DNA of 64,000 nt from an uncultured Acidobacteriota bacterium. GTDB taxonomy: Bacteria; Acidobacteriota; Vicinamibacteria; Vicinamibacterales; UBA2999. The notes beneath the pieces were generated by a model that saw only the letters and a list, made by a program, of their open reading frames with translations, ran no database searches and was not told the DNA's origin. The stretch is taken from positions 63,128-127,127 of the forward strand of contig CAWBMG010000011.1 of assembly GCA_963789815.1 (NCBI GenBank). The letters are read 5' to 3'. Shown piece after piece: positions 9,952 through 18,784 of this stretch. The position numbers and the translations under genes are program-made. Within the stretch, counting starts at the first letter, position 1. Every line of letters starts with the position of its first letter.

Positions 9952-11655
9952 TCAGAGCCCGTCGGCGGTCACAAACCTCGGTTCGATATCCACAGGCACG
10001 TCTTTCAGCCTGTCGAGCAGCGCTTGGACGGGCGGCCGAACGACACCCATCTTCTCCATCATCTGTTTCGTGCCCGCGTAGTCGCCAACCGCCTGCATCG
10101 TCATGATGTCGCGTGTCAGATCGACGATGTTCTGCTTCACACGGGCGGGGTTGACGGCAAAGGTCCCGTCAGGTGCGATAGCGACTCCACCGTTGTCGAG
10201 AAAGTAGTTGAGCTGAATGGCCACGCCTCGGCCGTGCGCCTCGTTGATGCCGAACCTGATCGAGCGGAACATCGATGCAAGATACGTGTTGTACATCGTT
10301 TGCTCGAGCACTTTGTCGAGCTTGCCACGGTCCACGAGAAACTGCAGCGCAAACAACCCTGAGATGTCGGCCTTGGCTTCCTCCGACGTGCTATAGGTCT
10401 CCTTGAGCTCCTGCCGCACGGTCGTCGAGCGTCCGGACACGCTGATGTTGTGAGGACCAAGACCGTGCATCAGCTCGTGCATCAGGATGTGGGTGAAGAA
10501 CGCGTCGAAGGAGACCTTTCCCTGGTCTGCTGCCGAGAGGGCCACTCTTGCGATCGGCTGCAGCACCATCCGAAACTTTGCTTCCTGGCTGTTCTTGAGC
10601 ATGACGCGCTTGGAGCCCTTTTCCGCTACCACGCGCTCGTCATTGGGTAAGTTGAAAGCTGCGGTCTGAACGCCGCGATTGGCGTCGCCGGAAGAAAAAA
10701 TCGTGTTGACCACGCGGATTGGTGCCAACGCACCGAGTTTGGGGTTGCGGTGTTTGGGGTCAATGGGCAGGTTATTCTCGATGTCCTGCAACTCGGATCC
10801 GAAGCGCGCCAGCTTCTGCGTCTCCACGTCATCTCGCACGGTGATGAAGGCCTCGAACGCCGCTTTGTAGTTGAACCACTCGTCTTCGTACACCTCGTAG
10901 GGGCCGATGGTCGGCTCGATACTGGCGTCTAGCTCCATCCAGGCGACATCGCTCTCGTAGTAGTCGTTGCTCACAAGCGCAACGGCCCTCTTCTCGAGGA
11001 AGTTCTTAAGTGTCGGCTGCTGCGTGAGCGTCGCGGCTTCTCGAAGCAGCGCGGCCACCTGTGCCAACTCCCCCTGATACTCGAGCGTGTAGGGAACGGC
11101 GACGAACCTGCCGTCAGGACCACGCCGAATGGTCGTGAAGAAACCTGTCGCACGCGCGCGTTCCGCGGCTGGGAGGGTCTTGAGCCAATTCTCGACGTCG
11201 GCTTTCGTGGCGCCTGCTGGATAGAAGTTGCCCTGGTCTGGCTTCGCCGGGGCGCCAGGTATGAAGACCTCGTTGTGATCCAGGCGCGACCAGGGCCCTT
11301 TGTTGAGCAGAAAGTAGTGCACACGTGCGAGGCCGAGCGGGGAGGAGTCGCGCACCAGGTCCAGCAGCATTCCTTCATTGCCGGCCCAGACTTGCCTGAG
11401 AAATAAGGCGTCGAAGACCTTCGCGGCCTCGACCAGCTTGGCGAGCGCCCGCCGCTCGTTCTCAGGTAACGCCGACAGGTCGGCCGTCAACTCGACCGGC
11501 GCAAACCGCCGCGTCATCGTCTCGAGCTTCTGTAACAGAGAGTCAACGGGTATCTGGGCTTGTGGTTGCACAGGTGTTTGGGTGGCCTGCTCGCCGCGGC
11601 AGGCGATGGTCGCGCTCATGACGAGGGCGGCAAAAATGACGATGACGTTCTTCAT
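9952..11655 (-). CDS. secreted zinc metallopeptidase, DPP III (M49)-like
   Basis: HELMHGLGPH plus a downstream EEAKAD motif, resembling the HExxGH/EECRAE pair of M49. Lipoprotein-like signal MKNVIVIFAALVMSATIAC. Confidence 0.5.
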   Translation of the reverse strand: MKNVIVIFAALVMSATIACRGEQATQTPVQPQAQIPVDSLLQKLETMTRRFAPVELTADLSALPENERRALAKLVEAAKVFDALFLRQVWAGNEGMLLDLVRDSSPLGLARVHYFLLNKGPWSRLDHNEVFIPGAPAKPDQGNFYPAGATKADVENWLKTLPAAERARATGFFTTIRRGPDGRFVAVPYTLEYQGELAQVAALLREAATLTQQPTLKNFLEKRAVALVSNDYYESDVAWMELDASIEPTIGPYEVYEDEWFNYKAAFEAFITVRDDVETQKLARFGSELQDIENNLPIDPKHRNPKLGALAPIRVVNTIFSSGDANRGVQTAAFNLPNDERVVAEKGSKRVMLKNSQEAKFRMVLQPIARVALSAADQGKVSFDAFFTHILMHELMHGLGPHNISVSGRSTTVRQELKETYSTSEEAKADISGLFALQFLVDRGKLDKVLEQTMYNTYLASMFRSIRFGINEAHGRGVAIQLNYFLDNGGVAIAPDGTFAVNPARVKQNIVDLTRDIMTMQAVGDYAGTKQMMEKMGVVRPPVQALLDRLKDVPVDIEPRFVTADGL

Positions 11656-11670
11656 GTCTCAATGGTCCCG

Positions 11671-11727
11671 GCGGGGGCTGAAGCCCCCGCGCTACAACAT
11701 TTGTAGCGCGCAGGCTTTAGCCTGCGC
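11671..11727. repeat. three abutting GC-rich REP-like hairpins
   Basis: GCGGGGGC-TGAA-GCCCCCGC (11671-11690), GCGCTACAA-CAT-TTGTAGCGC (11689-11709) and GCGCAGGC-TTTA-GCCTGCGC (11708-11727), each with a perfect stem. Confidence 0.8.
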
Positions 11728-11747
11728 GGCCCCTTTGCGCGACGCCG

Positions 11748-12299
11748 TCAATGAACCCCAGGGCTCATTTGCAACGCCGACGGATCCGCGCCGAGACGTC
11801 TGATTGCCGTCTCCCACATGTGGTCGGGCGGCACGTTGAAGATCAAGGCCGGATCGACTTCCATCGCCAGCCACGCCGACGAGGCAATCTCCTGGTCGAG
11901 CTGACCGGGCCCCCAGGCGGCGTAGCCGATCAGCACTCGGGTCCGATTCGAGGGCGGCGCCTGCAACAACCGCAAGGTGAGATCGCGCGACTCCGACAAT
12001 AGGACACCCGGGCAGATCTCGTGCTGCTCGCCATCGGGCCCCTGGGCGTCGGTCATCAGCACCCAGGTGCGCTGAGGATCGACCGGGCCACCCAGCCACA
12101 GGCGCAAGTCTGGATTGACGCACACCGGTGGGTCCGTCTTCACCATCGTGTGCGCAGGGTCGCTCATCTGACGATTCACCACGAGGCCGAAGGCGCCGTT
12201 CTCCGTGTAGTCACACAACAAGATCACGGTCTGCGCGAAATTAGGGTCGACCATCTGCGGCATCGAGAGCAGGAGAATCGGAGCGGGGCCCGGCATCAT
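11748..12299 (-). CDS. YqgE/AlgH family protein (UPF0301)
   Basis: LLLSMPQMVDPNFAQTVILLCDYTENGAFGLVVNR is typical of the family. ATG at 12297-12299; the ORF-track start at 12314 is a TTG inside the repeat. Confidence 0.8.
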   Translation of the reverse strand: MMPGPAPILLLSMPQMVDPNFAQTVILLCDYTENGAFGLVVNRQMSDPAHTMVKTDPPVCVNPDLRLWLGGPVDPQRTWVLMTDAQGPDGEQHEICPGVLLSESRDLTLRLLQAPPSNRTRVLIGYAAWGPGQLDQEIASSAWLAMEVDPALIFNVPPDHMWETAIRRLGADPSALQMSPGVH

Positions 12300-12307
12300 C
12301 TGATCAT

Positions 12308-12463
12308 AGGTCAAAAGTCAAAGGGCAAAGGGCAAAGGTGAGGGCGAAGGGATAGGTACTGGGGCATAAGTACAGGGGAAGGGGGAAGGGGGAAGGGGGA
12401 AGGGCGTAATAGGGGGAAGGGCGTAATAGGGGGAAGGGGAACGGGAAGGGGAGGGCGAGTAGG
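12308..12463. repeat. one-armed G-rich word array (GGTCAAAG/GGCAAAGG, then GGGGGAAG units and 2x AGGGGGAAGGGCGTAAT)
   Basis: Read directly from the sequence. It fills the whole queG-yqgE intergenic space. It is almost G-free on the transcribed (minus) strand. Confidence 0.9.
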
Positions 12464-13495
12464 TCAACGGTTGAGAGCCCACTGCACGTGTTCCTGCACG
12501 AGTGGATCGTCAGCCGAAGGCCGGTCGGCGCTGTGTTCCTCGAGTGCCGCCGTCGCCTCAGCGTCGCCGCTGTTGCCAATGGCGACAGCAAGATTCCGTC
12601 GCAAGCCCGTGAGTTTGCCGCGCGTCATTGGGCCGCCCTTGATAAGCGTTCTGAGCTCGGTGTCGGGACGCCGCCACAGATCGACGAGACGCGGAAGGTC
12701 GAGACCAGGCCTCGGCTGCCAGGGTGCATCGGTCGAGGAAGGCGCTGGCTGGTTGTAAGGACACACCTCCTGACAGATGTCGCAGCCATAAACATGGGTG
12801 CCGAGGGCAGGACGAATCGATTCCGGAATCGCCGTCCTGAGTTCGATCGTCAGATACGACAGGCAGCGATTCGAGTCGAGCACGCCTGAGTCGACGAGCG
12901 CTCCTGTTGGACACGCGTCGAGACAGCGCGTGCACGATCCGCACTGTTCGAGTCCTTCCGTGTCGGGTTCAAGGGGGAGCGTGGAGATGATCTCCGACAG
13001 AAACAGCCACGAGCCGACCTCGGCGTTAATCAGGCACGTGTTCTTGCCGATCCAGCCAAGTCCGCCGTACTGCGCGTAGACGCGCTCCTGCACCGGGCCG
13101 GTGTCTGTGTACGCGCGCGCGTCGAAAGGTTCCGTGGATTCTGCCCGCATCCAGGACAACAACACATCGAGACGCTTCGTGACGACGTTGTGATAGTCAT
13201 CGCCCCAGGCATAACGCGACACACGCGCGGTGCCCGCGGGCACCTCACTCGAATAGGGGCGCTCGGTGTTGTACAGCGTGCCCGTAACGACAACGCTGCG
13301 GGCACCTGGCACGATCTCGCGTACGTCGCCGCGCCGAGACGCTGTCCGCGACATCCACGACATCTCCCCGGCGTACCCACGGTCCAGCCACTCGCGAAGG
13401 AACGACAGTTCCGGAAAGGTATCGACCGGGGCGATGCCACAGAGATCGAAGCCCAACTCGCGCGCCTTGGATTTGAGGGAGAGATTGGTCAGCAT
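12464..13495 (-). CDS. queG: epoxyqueuosine reductase
   Basis: Two 4Fe-4S ferredoxin motifs (CGSCTRCLDACPTGAL, CDICQEVCPYN) and an N-terminus typical of QueG (LGFDLCGIAPV). Confidence 0.85.
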   Translation of the reverse strand: MLTNLSLKSKARELGFDLCGIAPVDTFPELSFLREWLDRGYAGEMSWMSRTASRRGDVREIVPGARSVVVTGTLYNTERPYSSEVPAGTARVSRYAWGDDYHNVVTKRLDVLLSWMRAESTEPFDARAYTDTGPVQERVYAQYGGLGWIGKNTCLINAEVGSWLFLSEIISTLPLEPDTEGLEQCGSCTRCLDACPTGALVDSGVLDSNRCLSYLTIELRTAIPESIRPALGTHVYGCDICQEVCPYNQPAPSSTDAPWQPRPGLDLPRLVDLWRRPDTELRTLIKGGPMTRGKLTGLRRNLAVAIGNSGDAEATAALEEHSADRPSADDPLVQEHVQWALNR

Positions 13496-13497
13496 CT

Positions 13498-13706
13498 CTG
13501 TAGGTCAAAGGTCAAAAGGCAAAGGGCAAAGGTAAGGGCAAAGGAGTAGGTCTACGGCATGGGTCTAGGTGAGAAGTGCAAGTCCAAAGCATGTATGAGG
13601 ATCCGTCTCCTTGGTGAAGGTCTATTGCCTAAACCAATGACCTAGACCCTAGACCTCGCCCCTTGAGCCTCACCTTTGCCCTTTGCCTTTTGACCTTTGA
13701 CCTACG
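13498..13706. repeat. ~208-nt imperfect palindrome with perfect 34-nt terminal inverted repeats
   Basis: 13500-13533 GTAGGTCAAAGGTCAAAAGGCAAAGGGCAAAGGT is the exact reverse complement of 13672-13705. The arms continue inward imperfectly (GGTCTAGG words). Confidence 0.9.
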
Positions 13707-16423
13707 ATCGTCCCACCAGTTGCCTGACCACATACGGCAAGATGCCACCGTGGCGAAACGCGACCAGTTCCTCTGGCGTGTCGATCCGAACCGTCGCGGT
13801 GAACTCTCGCGTCGTGCCGTCAGACGCTGTCGCCACCACACGTACGTCGCTCCGTGGCTTCAACCCGTCTCCCGCGCCACGCAGACTGAACTCCTCAGTC
13901 CCCGTGAGCGACAGTGATGCAGCGTGCTCCCCCGCCTTGAACTGCAACGGCAGGACGCCCATGTTCACGAGATTGCTGCGATGGATGCGCTCGAACGATT
14001 CAGCAATCACCGCTTTGACGCCGAGCAGAAACGTTCCTTTGGCCGCCCAATCCCGCGAGGAACCGGAACCGTATTCCTTCCCCGCAATGACGATCAACGG
14101 CACACCGGCCTGCTGATACTTCTCCGATGCGGCGTAAATCGTCATCAGCTCGCCGCCTGGCTGATACAGCGTCCATCCACCCTCGGTGCCGGGTGCCATC
14201 TGATTTCGGAGGCGCACATTCGCGAACGTGCCGCGCACCATCACCTCGTGGTTTCCACGACGGGCCCCGTAGGAGTTGAAGTCCGCCGCCTTCACGCCCT
14301 TCCCAATCAAGGTACCGCCCCGCCGGGCTGTCGGGCCGGATCGATCCGGCGGGTGAAATGTGATCGGTCGTCACGCTGTCGCCGAGCAACGCGAGCACGC
14401 GCGCGCCAGTGAGGTCTCTCGGCGGCGCAACCTCCATCGTCATCCCCTCGAGGAACGTTGGCTTGCGGATGTACGTCGACGCGTCGTCCCAGGCAAAGCT
14501 GCTGCCTTCCGGAATCGGTAGCTTCTGCCATCGCTCGTCGCCGGCGAACACTTCGGCGTAGCTCTTTCGGAACATGTCCGCTGTCACGGCTCTCAGCATT
14601 GTTTGCTGAATCTCCTGCTCGGTTGGCCAGACGTCCTTGAGATACACCGCCTTCCCTTCCCGATCGGTGCCCAGGGGCTCCGCGGTGAGGTCCGAGGTGA
14701 TCCAACCCGCCAACGCATAGGCCACGACGAGAGGTGGCGACGCGAGATAGTTCGCACGAACTTCTTGCTGAATACGTCCTTCGAAGTTGCGGTTGCCGCT
14801 CAACACCGAGCAGACGACGAGGTTCTTCTCACGAATCGCCGAAGACACCTCTTCGGGCATCGGGCCGCTATTCCCTATGCAGGTCGTGCATCCATACCCG
14901 ACCAGATTGAAGCCGAGCTGATCCAGGTACGGCGTCAGACCGGCCGCGTCGAGGTACTCGGTGACGACCTTCGACCCTGGGGCCAGACTGCTCTTTACCC
15001 ACGGCTTGCGCTCCAATCCTCGTTCGACCGCCTTCTTCGCTACGAGGCCCGCTGCGATCATGACGCTCGGGTTCGAGGTATTCGTACAGCTCGTGATCGC
15101 GGCAATCACCACGGCACCGTGGTCGATCTCGTCGATTGCAGGGTCCGCAAGCGCAACGGCGGTTCGCACGGCTGATTGCGAAGAAGACCCGCCGGCGGCG
15201 GACTTGCCCGGCAACTGCATGCTTGGCAACGCGGTCCGGAATGCTGTCTTCGCCTGCTTCAACGACACGCGGTCTTGAGGGCGTTTCGGCCCCGCCAGGC
15301 ATGGCTCGATCGTCGAGAGGTCGAGCTTGATCACTTCAGAGTAGACGGCGTCTGGACTCGTGTCGGTGCGGAAGAGACCCTGGGCCTTCGCATACTCTTC
15401 CACGAGCTTGACGCGGGACTCGGTTCGCCCCGTCAGACGTAGATACTCGAGCGTCATGTCGTCAATCGGAAAGATCGCCACCGTCGCGCCGTACTCTGGG
15501 CACATGTTACCGAGCGTGGCGCGATCGGCAATCGTCAAGGCGCTGAGGCCCTCTCCGAAGAACTCGACGAACTGACCGACAACCCCGTGCTTGCGTAGCA
15601 CTTCGGTGATCGTGAGCACGAGGTCCGTGGCCGTTGTACCGCGCGGCATAGCACCGGTGAGCCGAACGCCGAGCACCTGTGGAATCAACATCGAACTCGG
15701 CTGACCCAGCATTGCCGCTTCTGCTTCGATGCCACCAACGCCCCAGCCCACCACGCCAAGGCCGTTCACCATCGTCGTGTGAGAGTCGGTGCCGACGAGC
15801 GTGTCAGGGTACGCTACGACTTTGCCGTCAACCGTGTCGGAGCACACCACGCGCGCGAGATATTCGATGTTGACCTGGTGGACGATTCCCGTGTCGGGCG
15901 GCACGACCTTGAAGTTATTGAAGGCGCGCTGGCCCCACCGCAGAAAGGCGTAGCGCTCGCGATTTCGTGAGAATTCGAGCTCCGCATTCAACGCAAACGC
16001 GTCACTGCGGCCGAAGTAGTCGACCTGCACTGAGTGATCGATGACCAACTCCACCGGCTGGAGCGGGTTCACGCGTGCTGGATTCCCACCGAGTGTCACG
16101 ATCGCATCGCGCATCGCCGCCAAATCGACGACACAAGGCACGCCCGTGAAGTCCTGCAGCAGGACCCGCGCCGGCATGAACGAGATCTCTTTGTCGGCCT
16201 TCGCCGTCGCTTTCCACTCGGCTAGCGCACGGATGTCGTCGGCTCTCACGAATGCGTTGTCTTCGCGGCGCAGGAGATTCTCGAGCAGGATCTTCATCGA
16301 GTACGGCAGCCGCGAGACACCTGAGAAACCCGATTTCTCGAGGGCGGGAAGACTGGAAATCTGCACTGGCTCACCGGCAACGCGGATCTCGGTGCGAGTA
16401 CCGAAGCTATTGAGTGTTGTCAT
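13702..16423 (-). CDS. acnA: aconitate hydratase A, interrupted by an apparent 1-nt insertion near 14308-14312
   Basis: ORF 14000..16423 carries aconitase domains up to ...SPAGRYL. ORF 13702..14310 continues [32 protein letters not shown]. Removing one nt restores the canonical RYL-xxx-GV-xxx-DFNSYG spacing. Confidence 0.85.
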
Positions 16424-16466
16424 GACAGGTATCGTCTCTCGTCTGATGTCTTGATCGATAATACCC

Positions 16467-17157
16467 TCAGAAGCCGACGAACACGCTCGTGGAAATCGCG
16501 CCGCGCGTTGTCACATCGTCGAACGCCACGCCGCCGATGAGGACGTGCAGCCTCCCTTCGGCCCGCATGCCGATCGATCTCACCCACCCCCGCGCTCGTG
16601 CAAACAGCGAGGTACTTGACGCCTCCACCGACGTAGAAGGAGTGTCCTTCTTCGATCAGGATCTGACCCTCGTGGCGCTGCCGGAGGTAACCGGCGCCAC
16701 CTGCGATGAATGGGACGGTACGACCGAACCGCCACTCATCGAGCGCAACCGCGATGCCCCCCTCGATAAGGTATTGGTCGAGACGCTCGACGGCTGTAGT
16801 AGAGGGTGCGCCCTCGATGTCGCCCGTGATCGACGTTTGCAACTCGGGCCGTCCGAACGTAAGCCTTCCTTCCACCTCGACCCTTCGCGTGACTGGGTAG
16901 CCGAGCCAACCTTCAACAAAAGGCGACCGAGCGAGTCGCGTGTCTGTGGAAAACAGACGAGAAGACGACGACGGGACGGAATTCCCACGCAAGGCCGCCT
17001 CTCTGGCGCCAAGAGTGCTCCCGGTGAAGAGCCCTCCGCCAATGGCGAGATCGATGTGGCGTGTCCCGCGACCGGCATTTGTCGTCTGCGCCTCTGCCCG
17101 CACCCAAAACATTGCAACGAAAACGAAGATCACACAGCCGATTGCGACTGGAGGCAT
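16467..17157 (-). CDS. outer-membrane beta-barrel-like protein, apparent frameshift near 16590-16610
   Basis: Signal peptide [24 protein letters not shown]. After ...[10 protein letters not shown] the listed frame turns into an Arg-rich nonsense tail. The +1 frame instead reads ...[32 protein letters not shown]-stop (stop 16467-16469), a typical OMP C-terminus. Confidence 0.5.
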
Positions 17158-17160
17158 GAC

Positions 17161-17195
17161 CCTTGAGCCCTGAGCGCTGCGCCTTGAGCCTTGAA
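17161..17195. repeat. heptamer array CTTGAGC/CCTGAGC x5
   Basis: Read directly. Lies between the matrixin stop (17208) and the OMP start (17157). Confidence 0.8.
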
Positions 17196-17207
17196 TATCC
17201 CTCCAGC

Positions 17208-18206
17208 TCACTTGGGTCGCACCGTCACGTCGAACGATGCTCCCGAGCCACCGGCCGGTACGACGACCAAGCGTTCGTAGAACGCCACTTGGAAATTTGT
17301 CTCGACACTCCCCTTCTCGAAGAAACTCTCGACATCAACGTCGTCCAGCGGCTCGACGCGGATGATGTGCGGCCCTGGGGAGAGGCCTGCGATCTGAAAG
17401 TCGCCGTTCGTCCCGAGCGCAAAAGCGCCAACCAGCGTGCCTGTTTCGGGGTTGAACGCGACCACGTGGGCGCCGACGACGCCGCGGCCGCCGATGAGGA
17501 CGCGGCCATGAGTGACGCCCGTCTTCGCTTGGAAATCGTCATCGGGGTAGAGGTCAGAAGCCGCCGCAATATCGTCGGGTTGTATGACTCGGTCTTCTGT
17601 GCGTCCGCGCCCGAATGAAATGGGGAACATTACGGCCCCAGACGCCAGCACGCGACGGCCGCCGATCGGCTGTATTTCCGTTTCGCCAAGTGCGGAGTGC
17701 CCGAGGCCGATGAAATGGCCGACCTCGTGGGTTGCTACCGATTGCAGATCGAAAGCGGACGGATCGCCGTTTGCCGATGTTGACCATGGAAAAAGCGTGT
17801 TCACGAAAACGTCGGACTCGATCAGCTCGCCGGTCACCGTATCGATCACGAACGTGGTCGCACCAAGCACGCGGTCCAGGTCTGGTTCGTACTTGAACCC
17901 GACGACCGACAGGCTGTCATCGTCGAACGGCAACGCGCTCGTAAAGCCACCGAACTCGAAGGAGACGGAAACCGTCGGCAATGCCTCCCACGACGTAAAT
18001 GCTCGATTTGCAGCAGCTTGAAACTCCGACGAAGTGACGCCCGTCGTGCCGCGATCGGTCGCATACCATCGAGGGCGAGACTGCCGCCATCGAAGCGCGT
18101 GCACTTGCCCTCCCGCAGACACCGTCAGCTGCAGATAGGCATCAACCGAGGCCGGTGCGATCAGGAGTACGACCACGGCAACCGCGAACGCGCCGCCCCG
18201 CGTCAT
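17208..18206 (-). CDS. matrixin-family (M10) zinc metalloprotease, secreted
   Basis: HEVGHFIGLGHS zinc-binding motif and a signal peptide. The C-terminal part is a CarboxypepD_reg-like beta domain. Confidence 0.75.
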   Translation of the reverse strand: MTRGGAFAVAVVVLLIAPASVDAYLQLTVSAGGQVHALRWRQSRPRWYATDRGTTGVTSSEFQAAANRAFTSWEALPTVSVSFEFGGFTSALPFDDDSLSVVGFKYEPDLDRVLGATTFVIDTVTGELIESDVFVNTLFPWSTSANGDPSAFDLQSVATHEVGHFIGLGHSALGETEIQPIGGRRVLASGAVMFPISFGRGRTEDRVIQPDDIAAASDLYPDDDFQAKTGVTHGRVLIGGRGVVGAHVVAFNPETGTLVGAFALGTNGDFQIAGLSPGPHIIRVEPLDDVDVESFFEKGSVETNFQVAFYERLVVVPAGGSGASFDVTVRPK

Positions 18207-18784
18207 CGCACATGCTCCGCAACCCGACGCACCTCGCGTGAAAACAGATCAAGTGCCAGAGGGCGCCGTGCGGGATCGCCGCGCACAACGCGTTCGGGAA
18301 CCGCGCCACCAGCCGTCACCAATGGGGGTGTAACGAGCGCTCGCCCGTTGGCGTCGCGTATCACACGGTAGACACCCTGGCTCAAACCAAACGGCATGGG
18401 CATCACAGGCGCGCGCCCGCTGAGGAACAACACCACTTCGTCACCCTCGACGAAGGCCGGCGCACCGACCATGACGCGACGGTACCGGCCAATCTGGCCC
18501 CCTGGAATCCGAAACACGACTGTCGGACCAGGTTGTCCCTTCAGGGGCTCGATGATGGAGACCGTCACCAGGCATTCGATGTTCCGACGGCCCAAGGTAG
18601 TTTGTGCGCGAACGTCAAGCACCCGACCGTGCACGATCAGCTGAGAGCCATCGACCATCTGCTCAAAGTCTGCGGGAAGCATAACGGTCGCGTGGACGAG
18701 GGAAACGGGGACAACAAGGCACAAGGCCCAGAGCACAAAGCCCAGGGCCCGCCGAACATCGAACCTACTTTTCCACTTTTCCAC
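18203..18784 (-). CDS. hypothetical secreted protein
   Basis: Signal-like RRALGFVLWALCLVVPVSLVHA. The only in-frame starts are a GTG (18782-18784) or a TTG (18806-18808) inside the octamer repeat. Its stop overlaps the matrixin ATG (ATGA). Confidence 0.45.
   Translation of the reverse strand: MEKWKSRFDVRRALGFVLWALCLVVPVSLVHATVMLPADFEQMVDGSQLIVHGRVLDVRAQTTLGRRNIECLVTVSIIEPLKGQPGPTVVFRIPGGQIGRYRRVMVGAPAFVEGDEVVLFLSGRAPVMPMPFGLSQGVYRVIRDANGRALVTPPLVTAGGAVPERVVRGDPARRPLALDLFSREVRRVAEHVR

Noticed and set aside
12304-12591. 95-aa ORF translating to PFPFPFPLLRPSPYYALPPSPFPLPLY
   Set aside because: It is simply the translation of the G-rich word array plus the 3' end of queG read out of frame.
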